DNA of 32,000 nt from Candidatus Saccharimonadota bacterium (GTDB lineage: Bacteria > Patescibacteriota > Gracilibacteria > Absconditabacterales > Absconditicoccaceae): contig OZ246420.1 of assembly GCA_965231145.1 (NCBI GenBank), forward strand, positions 750,001-782,000, given 5' to 3'. Numbering within the stretch: position 1 is the stretch's first letter; each line of letters opens with the position of its first letter. Both the position numbers and the translations under genes were made by a program. Below are positions 19,054 through 28,530 of the stretch, one piece after another. The notes beneath the pieces were generated by a model that was not told the DNA's origin, ran no database searches, and saw nothing but the letters and a program-made list of their open reading frames with translations.

Positions 19054-19557
19054 ATGAACATACCACTTCCAAAACCAGAGCCAGCAGCAGATGAGCCAAA
19101 AGTGCTGACCGAAGCAGAACAAAAAAAACAAGAAATGCATGCCACACATGGTATATGGGCATTGAGTATTATGCTTTTTAACAAAGCTCCTCATCTTTCC
19201 TATGGTGATTCTGCACAACTAAAAATGATCGGCCATTTTCTTATGGAAAGCATCAACGACTATGAAATGACGATGAATCAATTTGAAGAAGAGTATAATA
19301 GAGAGATTCAGATGCTCAATACATACCTTGTAAAGACAGTAAATAGTAATGTAGAAATAGCTGAAAAACTAAGCAAAATCATATGCCTACATCTTGATAA
19401 GATGCCTATTCATCCAAGTATAGATGAGGGAATCCTTACATATAAAGCTATTATTGATGACTGTCTTGCAACATTTGCTCCATTTATATCACAAAAAAAG
19501 AGTATCATTATAGATACTCAAAAAGATATTACTGATACGCTCGAACAAACTGCTTAA
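19054..19557 (+). CDS. Hypothetical protein (167 aa), predicted helical, orphan
   Basis: Intact ORF with TAA stop and no TGA. No recognisable motif. Confidence 0.55.
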   Translation: MNIPLPKPEPAADEPKVLTEAEQKKQEMHATHGIWALSIMLFNKAPHLSYGDSAQLKMIGHFLMESINDYEMTMNQFEEEYNREIQMLNTYLVKTVNSNVEIAEKLSKIICLHLDKMPIHPSIDEGILTYKAIIDDCLATFAPFISQKKSIIIDTQKDITDTLEQTA

Positions 19558-19568
19558 GTAAAAGCGTA

Positions 19569-20123
19569 CTATTGCCCTACTATTACTTTTGCAGCCTTAA
19601 TTACTTTCTTTGTTTCACCCTGCCTAATAGTGTAGCCAGCTTCGTACTCTTTGATGATTTTTCATTTCAATGCTGCGTCTGTTGTTTCTTCTACGCTCAA
19701 AGGCTCATGTAAATCGCTATCCGGATCCTGTCCTATGGTAGCGATTTTTTCAATTCAGAGAGATTGCAATGTTTTCATAGCATTATCATAGATAAGCTTT
19801 ACTCCATCCGCCCAGGTATTGCTTTTCATATCTTCCGGCATGTGTTCTACCGAATACGATAGTTGATCAATAATAGGCAATATCTTTTTCATAATATCCA
19901 CTATGCTCTCTGCTCTTTGATTTTTGCTCTCCTGTTCAATTCTGCGTTGATAACTATCAAAATCATATTTGAGCATCACATAATCATATTGTGCTTTCTT
20001 AGCGACTTCTTCTAAATTCTTTATTTTTGCTGACACGTCTTCATCTTTATTATCATTTGTCGCCGTCTCTGTATCAGTTGACTGTATCTGTTCCTCATGT
20101 GTTTGATCTTCTGCTTTTGTCAT
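19569..20123 (-). CDS. grpE: Nucleotide exchange factor GrpE (184 aa)
   Basis: Track ORF 19755..20123 has an acidic N-terminus and the coiled coil KNLEEVAKKAQYDYVMLKYDFDSYQRRIEQE. It continues through two TGAs to ...IEKIATIGQDPDSDLHEPLSVEE...GYTIRQGETKKVIKAAKVIVGQ, the GrpE C-terminal beta-domain pattern. TAG 19569-19571. Confidence 0.85.
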
Positions 20124-20190
20124 TGGTAGTGAGTATTACAATCTAAAACCAGTTTCATAGTAACGATCTTTTACAAAAAAACAATATAAC

Positions 20191-20211
20191 AAAAAACTGG
20201 TTTCTTACCAG
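20191..20211 (-). terminator. Small Rho-independent terminator (minus strand)
   Basis: On the minus strand: ctggt-aagaa-accag followed by TTTTTT, 28 nt after the TAA of 20239..20520. Confidence 0.45.
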
Positions 20212-20238
20212 TCTTTATATCATATTATGCTCTTATAA

Positions 20239-20520
20239 TTAGTTTGCTCACGACTGCGAAATATCTCATGATGCACCCATCTTCATCATACCTTTTTCCT
20301 CTTTGATCTGATTGATCATATCTCTGATTCATTGTTTTCTCATATCTGCAGGATTATTCATCTGATGCAGCTTGTACGAGTAATGCATAGGCATTCTTCT
20401 TACTGCAGCGCAGAAAAAAGCCATAGTTACTAGCAAGTTAAAGATACAGAAGACAAAAAGCCATCCTACAAGAGTAAGACCACAATATCTTTTTTCAGAA
20501 GAGTGCATATTCATAAGCAT
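20239..20520 (-). CDS. Small single-pass membrane protein (about 93 aa), orphan
   Basis: Track ORF 20329..20592 continues through three TGAs to TAA 20239-20241. The first ATG is at 20518-20520; other ATGs lie at 20514 and 20508. TM segment LTLVGWLFVFCIFNLLVTMAFFCAAV. Confidence 0.5.
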
Positions 20521-20704
20521 ACGAGTTAGAAATAATAAAGCGCTTTTTCTATCAAAAAAGCGAGTTATCAGGAAAGCCGTATTCACTAACAACTCGCCCG
20601 AACACTATACTCATCTACCTTAGAGAAACCTTAAGAAAAAACCAGAGATCTTTTATGCTATAAGCAAAGATAGTTTGACAAGTTAAGGTTTTATTTTTTT
20701 GTAT

Positions 20705-20729
20705 AAGAAAAGACGCAATTGTTTGCGTC
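20705..20729 (-). terminator. Rho-independent terminator of secA (minus strand)
   Basis: gacgcaa-ttgt-ttgcgtc stem. On the minus strand it is followed by TTTTCTT. Lies 41 nt after the secA TAA. Confidence 0.6.
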
Positions 20730-20769
20730 CTTCCTCCTTATTTAATTAGTAATTCGTAATTAGTAATTG

Positions 20770-23700
20770 TTAATTTTTGATATGTCGTCCTTTTGCCAAC
20801 AACTCCTCTGCTTTCTTATATTTCATCTCTTCTTCTTTTCCCTCTGGAGAAACGACAGTAACAAGGTCATTTCTTCCATATTTCTTTCCACTAGCAGCTG
20901 GAGCCTGATGACTAGGAGCTTGCTCAATAACTTCTACCCCGTCATCCTCTTTAAAGGCATGCGCATAAAGCTGTTGCTTCGCCTGCTGATAGTTTTGAGG
21001 CTGCGCTTGTCTTTTTGCATACGGTGTAAACTCAGGAAGATCTTGCGATGCCTCTTGGAGTCTATTGAGCATAGCATGAGACTGTTGTTCCTCCGTAGCA
21101 AGGATAGTTTGTCCCTGCCCTGCTCTAAAGTCAGTGCGGAAGATAATTGCTATCGTCTCCTGTTTAATATTAAACATGAGCTGTTCAAATTTATCGAACG
21201 CTTCTTTCTTATAGATGATCAGCGGATCCTGCTGTGCATAACCGTAAAGACCAACCTTATCGCGAAGGTATTGCATATCATCGATATGAGCGATCCAGTA
21301 CTTATCTATCATCGCCAAGTAGATCATACGCAGCGTCTCATCTGTTACGCGTGGATCCACACCAGCAAGCTTTTTATCAAAATATGTCTCAAATGAAGTA
21401 ATAAGCTCATTACGAAGACTTGTGAGATTACGAACTTTGTCTGCATTAACAGGAAGCTGATCAAATGCAAAATCCTGTTTGATCGTTTCTATAACCTCTT
21501 GGATTTCCATTTGTGTTTTTTCGTATTTTCCAATCAACCCATCAACGATCTGTTCAATAAACCCTCTGATTTCTGCAACGGTTGATGTCTTATTTTCCTT
21601 AGTTTCTACTACGATATAAGGAAGCATTGATGGCTCTTCTTTCGAATCGAAGTGCTCTTCTTCTGCGTCCACAAATACTGGTTTCACATGTAACTCCTTA
21701 CCAAGAAGCTCCGCTTGTTCTCTTGGCACACATGTATCTTTATTATCATGAATCACCACTATTTCTTCTGCAAGTGATCTGATTTTTTCAAAATCAAATG
21801 TTCGATCAAAGCTTGGGAAATATGCATCTAGCTCATCCGTATTGAGCTTCGGCTGAGCAAATCCAGCCATAAGGACTAACTTCTTTATCTTCACACCTCT
21901 TCTTTCAAGCGCTTTCAATGCTACCGCAACTCCGAGACTATGCCCGACCAGCACAGTATGACTATTGAACTGAGCATTATCAGTGATAAATGTAATTTGT
22001 TCTTCAATATTCGGTTGGTCAGGATTTGGTAATGCTGGAATGATAACAACACCTCCCTTCGCTTCCAGTTCCTTCTTGAGCCATGGCTTAAAGTTTCCGT
22101 CTGGCCTTCCTTCAAATCCGTGGAGTATCATATAGTTTACTGTCTGTTGCTGGAGTGTGAGCATCTCATCACGCTTAGTATAGATCCTTTGTCTCTGACG
22201 ATTGATCACTGAATCGTAGTCGAAGAGATGTTTACGGATAGAAAAGTTCCATCCTTCCATCTGTTTCTGCGCACGGATGATTGATGAGCTAAATTGTTTT
22301 TGTGTAAGCTCAAGATTTTCAAGGTCGTCTTTCTTCATGAGAAATCCTGCTACTGCCTGTATCTTTTCACCCCCCATCTTACGCATAATCTCATCATCGA
22401 GCGCAACAAAGAAGACTGAAAGACCTGGATCTCACTGACGTCCTGCACGACCTCTGAGCTGATTATCAATGCGGCGTGACTCATGTTTTTCTGTACCAAG
22501 GATGAAAAGCCCATAGTGAAACTCTCTTTCTACTACCGTCCCCTCCCCTTCTATTGGTTTGATAGTAATCTTTGCAAACCACTGGTCTGGCTCTTTCTTT
22601 GCTTTATTAAAGTCGATACTGAGTAATGCACCTTCTATTTGGATCATTCCCTTTTCTGCTGAGCGAATTTGTTCATCCGAAAGATTCCAGGCTTGTTTAA
22701 TTGCCTCTATAGTATAGTTGAACTCTTTTTCAGAAAACACTGTTGCGACTGCTGCTTGCGGAGGGATTTTACTAAATGTATTTCCTTTGAGTGTTGATTG
22801 GATCCACTTCACATAGTTTGCGGCAACTTTTTCATGGAGTCATTTTTCCAATTTAATGTCTGTTCCACGTCCTGCCATGTTTGTTGCTACTACCACAGAG
22901 CTCATCTTACCTGCATTCGCCACTATTTCTGCTTCCTGCTGGTGAAATTTGGCGTTCAGCACGTAGTGCTGGATTTGTATCTGACGTAAGATGTTTGATA
23001 CGAGCTCTGACGTGTGGATGCTCGATGTTCCGATAAGGATAGGTATTCCTGCTTCATGGTAAAATTTGATATAGTCCACGACCGCTTTCCATTTTGCGTT
23101 TTGGTTGAAGTAGACCTTATCTGTCTGATCGACACGAATCACCTGTCTGTTAGTTGGTATGCTCAGTACTTCCAATTCGTAAATCTTTTCAAACTCCTCT
23201 CCTTCTGTTGTTGCAGTACCAGTCATACCTGCAAGCTTTTCGTAGATCTTGAAAAAATTCTGGTAAGTAATCGTTGCCAAAGTCTGTGATTCACGTTGGA
23301 TGTTCACATTTTCCTTTGCTTCGATGGCCTGGTGGAGACCTTCCGAATAACGTCTTCCCGGCATCGTACGACCGGTATGTTCATCGACGATGAGAATTTC
23401 TCCTTCATGCACGATATAGTCCTTATTGTCATGATAACATGCCTGCGCCTTGAGCGCATTTTCAATATGATGAATCTCATCAAATCCAAAATCTTTATAC
23501 AGGTTCTCTACGTTGAGGATCTTCTCAAGCTTCGCGATACCCTGCCCCGACAACGTCACATTTTTATTTTTCTCATCTATGTAGTAGTCTCCATCTTCTT
23601 CCTGCTTATCTTCCTTTTGGAGTACTTCCGCAAGAAATCCTTTCGGCGTTTTTTTCTTGTGCGCAGAAGGTGTGAGAAGACGTACGATCTTCGCATAGTA

Positions 23701-24456
23701 TGCATATTTCTCTGTTGGCTCAGCAGAAGGCTGAGAAATAATAAGCGGTGTTCTTGCTTCGTCAATAAGGATCGAGTCTACCTCGTCGACGATAGCAAAA
23801 AAGAGCGGACGCCATACCACGTTACGTTCTGAGAGCGTACGAGTTAAGTTGTCACGTAAGTAATCAAATCCAAGTTCACTATTTTCCACATAGGTAATAT
23901 CTTTTCCATACTCTTCACGACGAAGATGGATAGGTGTTCCTTTTACCACTGATCCACATGAAAGTCCGAGCCATCCATAGAGATACGCCATCCACTGGCT
24001 GTCACGAGACGCAAGATAATCATTGACTGTTACGACATGTACTCCTTTTCCTGCGAGCGCATTGAGATACGTTGGTAATGTTGCCACGAGCGTCTTACCT
24101 TCACCCGTTTTCATTTCCGAAATCTTTCCTTGGTGAAGCACAATACCACCTATAAGCTGCACATCATATGGTACCATATCCCACACAACAATCTGTCCTT
24201 TCACATCACACTCTGTTCATTTCATCCTTTTACATGCTTGCTTCACTGTTGCAAATGCCTCAGGAAGGATATCATCAAGCGTTTCACCTGCTTCAAGTCT
24301 TTTCTTAAATTCCGGAGTCTTAGCCTTAATTTGCTCATCAGTGAGCGAATCCCACTCTTTATCTAATTCATTTATCTTTTTTACCAATGGCTGAATCTTA
24401 TTCAACTGACGCTGATTGTAATCACCGGCGATAGCGCCTAATATACTAGTAAACAT
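20770..24456 (-). CDS. secA: Preprotein translocase ATPase SecA (1228 aa) with an embedded alpha/beta-hydrolase domain
   Basis: Four same-frame track ORFs (24217..24456, 22840..24204, 22432..22812, 20770..22386) are separated only by TGA. Walker [13 protein letters not shown]-like [64 protein letters not shown] motifs [38 protein letters not shown] stop. The C-terminal tail has no Cys-rich zinc motif. Confidence 0.95.
21607..22140 (-). other. In-frame YdeN/RBBP9-type (Ser_hydrolase-like) alpha/beta-hydrolase domain inserted in SecA (about aa 773-950)
   Basis: [42 protein letters not shown]..., nucleophile elbow VLVGHSLG (Ser codon 21937-21939), [28 protein letters not shown]. Flanked by the SecA scaffold helix (..[13 protein letters not shown]) and the wing domain. 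Confidence 0.7.
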
Positions 24457-24503
24457 ATCTTATATACTAATAAACTAAAAAAAATCATACCTTATCAGAT
24501 AGA

Positions 24504-24565
24504 TAGTAGATATTAGATAGTGGCAAAATATTGTATTGCTGATATCTTTTATCTTCTATCTACTA
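24504..24565 (-). promoter_or_regulatory. Imperfect 62-nt hairpin in the spacer between the small upstream ORF and secA
   Basis: tagtagata (24504-24512) pairs with tatctacta (24557-24565). After a 2-nt internal loop there are 5-6 further pairs. The loop is about 28 nt. The hairpin sits 23-85 nt after the upstream stop and 48 nt before the secA ATG. Confidence 0.4.
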
Positions 24566-24587
24566 GAATGTAAGTTGATTAGTTAGT

Positions 24588-24929
24588 TTACAAGACGTCA
24601 TCCCATGAAAATCTGAGTTCCTTTTCTTTATGTGGTGAAAATCGGGCGGTTGCTTGAGCGTACTGAAAACGATACGCTGAAGAAGCAGGGATAGCTACTG
24701 TTAAGAGCCCTGCGATGAAAAGTCCCGATGCAAGTAGTGCAAGAAGCGCATCGAGCAGGTCGCTTTGGCGAATAATAGACGCATGGTTCTCTCACTTATT
24801 TTTAACAAACTCCTGTACCGAAGCAATAATCTGCTGCTCCTGTACTGCATATTGTCATTGTGCAAAAATTACTCCTGAACTCCCCAGAAGCATACTCAAC
24901 AACGCTATAGCAAGTAGTTTGCGTTTCAT
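24588..24929 (-). CDS. Small secreted/membrane protein (113 aa) immediately upstream of secA, orphan
   Basis: ATG 24927-24929 to TAA 24588-24590 with two TGAs. Signal peptide MKRKLLAIALLSMLLGSSGVIFAQ. Second hydrophobic segment LLDALLALLASGLFIAGLLTVAI at about aa 58-80. 33-aa tail ...SAYRFQYAQATARFSPHKEKELRFSWDDVL. Not in the standard-code track, where an antisense ORF 24715..24957 is listed instead. Confidence 0.6.
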
Positions 24930-25077
24930 ATTTTCAGTATATATATGTAACAAATAAAATCAATGTAAGAAAACATACGGCCACAGACATAGCGCGCGAC
25001 AACTTATTACAAATAAGTCAATACATTATGGCTTTTGAGCCTTGAGATCTGGTTTTTTGATTGCAAAAACCCCTGAC

Positions 25078-27285
25078 ATGAATATAGGTAATAAATGGTT
25101 TTTACGAACTAATAGTTTTAACGTGGCGAGAAGAAAAAAGAAAGTAGCGAGGAAAAGAAGCACTTTCGTCTTAGATAGAAAAAGATTGGGTATTATCATG
25201 ATAGTGGTATGAGCACTGTATTTCTTTTCAGTCTCATTTGCGAAAGATTCTCCAATATTGGGATTGTTCAATAGAATTGTCACACTGCTTGTAGGAGAAA
25301 TTGGTATACATATTTTTTTCTGACTGGCGATACTCGCGGGTATTATGACCCTTATCAAAGAAGGACTCACAAGAACTATTGTGAAACAGTTCTTTGTCCT
25401 TAGCATGATCATATCAGCGATCCTCAATTTTCCGGTGATCGAAGAACAAAGTATCGCCTACCAAGAGTACGGAGGATATATCGGCTGGCCGATCCTGTGG
25501 ATCTTGCAACGCATCTTTGGGGAAAATCCTTTCGCTATTAAGGCTCTCATTGTCCTGTTAGCAATAGGTGTTATCATATGGATCATCTGGGCGTTTAATA
25601 TTCCAGTGCCAAGACTTCCATCGGTATCTCTCAGAAGCAGTAACACAGGAAAACCAGCGATGGCGAAGAAAGCAAAGAAAGTCGAAGAAGACGAGGAAGA
25701 AGAGTACGAATACGAGGAAGAAGAAGAGGAAGGGACACTCCCTGTCGTCACGAAGAAAGGATCTGCTATCGGCGATAGCTTGAAATCAATGCTCAAAGAT
25801 AAGATACAGAACAAGATCAAAGAAAAAGAGCAGAAAGTTATTAAGTTTCCTAAAGATAAACCGACTTTTGACATCAGCCTTCTTCCGGAAGGAGCCACCA
25901 GTACATTCGACGTCGATCAATCATATCTCGAACAAAAAGCCATCGCCATTAAGGGTAAACTCGAAGAGTTCGATATACCTATCGATATTAAGTGATTCAA
26001 TGTTGGACCCTCGGTCGTACAGGTAAAAGTTGCACCACAGGAAGGTATTAGAGTATCATCTATTGAAAGTTATCAAAAAGATATCGCGCTTGCACTGAAA
26101 ACGAAGTCATTGCGTATACTCGCACCTATCCCGGGAACTGACGTAGTTGGTATCGAGATACCAAATCCAAAACCACAGATGATTAGACTCAGACAGATCC
26201 TCGGAAGCCCAGGGTTTGCAGAAAATATGAATAAGAACCTCACGAACTTAGTACTCGGAATTGGAATCGATGGAAAGAATATGACAAAGCCGCTTGAAGA
26301 CATGCCGCATCTCCTCGTAGCAGGAGCGACAGGTTCAGGTAAGTCGGTGGGAGTTAATACGTTTATTCTCTCGCTTATCTACCAAAATAGTCCATCGGAA
26401 TTGAAGTTCCTCATGGTCGATCCTAAGCAGGTAGAACTTGGTATGTACGATGGTATCCCATATCTTCTTGCTCCGGTAGAAACAAATCCGGATAAAGCAC
26501 TAAAGATATTGAAATGGGCAGTCAATGAGATGGAAAGAAGATATACGTTACTCAAAGAATATAAGGTGAAAAAACTCGATGAGTATAATAAGAAGATGCC
26601 TGCAGATGCGATGCCTCGTATCGTTGTAGTCATAGATGAGTTGGCTGATCTTATGATGAATAGAAATACGAAGAAAGATACAGAAGCATGTATTACAAGA
26701 ATTGCACAGAAAGCACGTGCGGTGGGAATCCATCTTATTGTTGCGACACAAAGACCATCGGTCGATGTCGTAACAGGACTTATTAAAGCGAACATACCAA
26801 CACGTATAGCATTTAGTGTGGTATCACAGATTGACTCAAGAACTATTCTCGATACGAAATGAGCGGAAGAACTACTCGGAAGAGGAGACATGCTCTTCAT
26901 GAGTGTGGATAGCAATACGCCAGTTCGTTTACAATGACCATTTGTCGATACGCCAGAGATCGAAGAGATCGTACAGGCCATCAAAGATAAATATATGAAA
27001 TGATTTACTGAAGATGATATCTACAACCAGGAACTCATGAATATCCTCTCAGGAAAAAATGTTGGTTCAGGTATGGGCGGATGAATGGGTGATGCAGGAG
27101 ACGATGAAGAACTCGTCAATCAAGCCACTCAGATCATCTTACAAACAAGAAAAGCATCTGCTACTCTCCTCCAGCGTAAACTCTGAGTAGGATTCGCACG
27201 TGCAGCCCGTATCATGGATATCCTTGAAGAACGCGGTGTTGTTGGTCCTCAAGAAGGAGCGAAACCGAGAGATATATATATGTAA
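25078..27285 (+). CDS. ftsK: DNA translocase FtsK/SpoIIIE (735 aa)
   Basis: One frame from ATG 25078 through about eight TGAs to TAA 27283-27285. N-terminal TM helices, acidic linker [47 protein letters not shown], Walker [13 protein letters not shown], Walker [25 protein letters not shown], winged-helix gamma domain [31 protein letters not shown]. Confidence 0.9.
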
Positions 27286-27389
27286 ACTTAATATAGCAGT
27301 TAGATGTTGGATTTTAGATTATAGCACCTTGCTAATATCTAAAATCTATAATCTAATTGCTCCCCTAGAAAACATTTACTTTCGACTTA

Positions 27390-28457
27390 ATGGGCATGCT
27401 ACTTAAGTTAAACTCGATCATCCTCTATACACTCATCGCTTTCGTCTTAGCGTTACTCTTGTATCCGACATACATTAAGCTACTCAAACGCATGAAAGCG
27501 GGGAAGCTTCTTCGTGAAACAGCAGCGGGCGGTGGTATCGCAGAGATCTTCCAGAAACTCCACGGACACAAAGCTGGAACTCCAACCATGGGATGAGGCA
27601 TGTTTCTGATCATCATGTTTGTGTTAGTTGCACTCTCATTTGTGCTCCAACAACTAGGATACATTAACAATACGCTCTTCACCAGACAAGAAACCTATAT
27701 CATTCTCTTTGGTTTCTTTGGTATGGGTATCTGGGGACTTATTGATGATCGGCTCAATATCAAGGGTATAGGAAAAGGGAAAGGCCTTCCCGCAAAGCTT
27801 AAGCTCGTAGGTATGATTGCACTTGCGGCATGGATCAGTTACTGGTTCTTCGTAAAACTCGGTATTTCACATGTAAATCTCTGGCCGATACTACCAAATA
27901 CATTCATCGATATCGGTATTTGGTATCCTATTGGAACATTCATTCTCACACTTGCTATCACCAATGCCATCAACATTACCGATGGGCTCGATGGGCTCGC
28001 AGGAGGAATGATGGTCATTGTACTCGGCATACTTGCTATCGTAACATTCTTCTACGGATGGTATCTAGCAACAACAGTTATCGGCATACTTACTGGAGTC
28101 CTACTCGCATTTCTCATGTTCAATATCAACCCGGCAAGGGTCTTCATGGGTGATAGCTGAGCGCTCGCTCTCTGAGGAATCGTTTCATCGCTCCTCTACC
28201 TGCTCAATCTTAAAGAAGGGTTTTTCATCGCATTTATCATCCTCTTCGGTATCTTCTGGCTAGAACTTATCTCAAGTGGATTACAAATATTTTGGAAAAA
28301 GGTGTTTAAAAAGAAACTCTTCTCTATAGCTCCATTTCATCACTTACTGGAGCACTCAGGACAAAAAGAATACACTATCGTCATGAGGTTTTGGATCATC
28401 CAAGGACTTCTTGCAAGTGTTACTCTCATTCTTGTCTTCTATCAACTCTACAAATAA
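27390..28457 (+). CDS. mraY: Phospho-N-acetylmuramoyl-pentapeptide transferase MraY (355 aa)
   Basis: 27390..27596 and 27600..28160 plus the tail are joined through three TGAs. HKAGTPTMG-G-G, GLIDD, NAINITDGLDGLAGG, NPARVFMGDS-G-ALAL-G-G, APFHHLLE. TAA 28455-28457. Confidence 0.95.
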
Positions 28458-28517
28458 CTTAAAACTAAAAACATAAAACTACAAAATATTCTTCTAATTT
28501 ATGTTTTAGGTTTTAAG
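28458..28517. repeat. AT-rich 20-bp inverted repeat (18/20 match) directly after the mraY stop
   Basis: cttaaaactaaaaacataaa (28458-28477) versus tttatgttttaggttttaag (28498-28517). No T-run follows. It overlaps the shared 13-mer gttttaagatttg (28510-28522). Confidence 0.5.
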
Positions 28518-28530
28518 ATTTGAGTTAATC

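Noticed and set aside
18507-19557. Treating the two adjacent orphan genes (161 and 167 aa) as paralogues or a toxin-antitoxin/defence pair, and their lack of TGA as evidence of foreign origin.
   Set aside because: I see no convincing sequence similarity between them and no recognisable toxin or defence motif. Each has only about four Gly codons, so zero TGA is not statistically meaningful.
20124-20238. A CIRCE (TTAGCACTC-N9-GAGTGCTAA) heat-shock operator upstream of grpE.
   Set aside because: No match to the CIRCE inverted repeat in the 115-nt upstream spacer. The only hairpin there is the small terminator of the preceding gene.
21607-22140. The SecA insertion as an intein or an inserted mobile gene.
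   Set aside because: There are no intein splice-junction residues or blocks (no Cys/Ser/Thr +1 with a preceding His-Asn, no homing-endonuclease motifs). There are no flanking repeats and no independent start or stop. The sequence instead matches alpha/beta-hydrolase motifs.
20767-23832. Plus-strand ORFs inside secA (20767..21396 at 209 aa, 23014..23289, 23296..23832 at 178 aa, 22798..22989), plus small minus-strand off-frame ORFs.
   Set aside because: They are antisense or off-frame shadows of a strongly supported SecA frame. Their composition is Leu/Phe/Cys/Arg-rich, typical of the reverse complement of AT-rich coding sequence.
20770-24456. Interpreting the fragmented secA (and likewise ftsK, mraY, rluD, the ABC transporter and others) as pseudogenes or frameshifted, decaying genes.
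   Set aside because: The fragments always share one frame. The only interrupting codon is TGA, never TAA or TAG. All catalytic motifs are intact. The TGAs sit on conserved Gly positions. That pattern indicates codon reassignment, not decay.
25026-26984. Minus-strand ORFs 25026..25427, 25458..25898 (poly-Ser) and 26379..26984 (201 aa).
   Set aside because: They are antisense to ftsK. The poly-Ser run is simply the complement of the poly-Glu linker. No motifs, and FtsK motifs fully occupy the + frame.
27286-27389. AT-rich repeated words in intergenic spacers (also 16000-16085, 24457-24587, 28458-28530 and 30313-30357) as a CRISPR array or MITE family.
   Set aside because: There are no regularly spaced direct repeats with unique spacers, and no terminal inverted repeats with target-site duplications. 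The units are short, AT-only and differ between loci. They are reported only as a weak shared-motif observation.
27594-28175. Alternative recodings: code 4 (UGA = Trp, Mycoplasma-like) or selenocysteine insertion.
   Set aside because: At positions that can be judged against invariant motifs (MraY GTPTMGG and GDxGSLxLGG, SecA GRQGDxG, ABC GxxLSGGQ, the poly-Gly linker), the expected residue is Gly and not Trp. The density of TGA is far too high for Sec, and I saw no SECIS-like context requirement.
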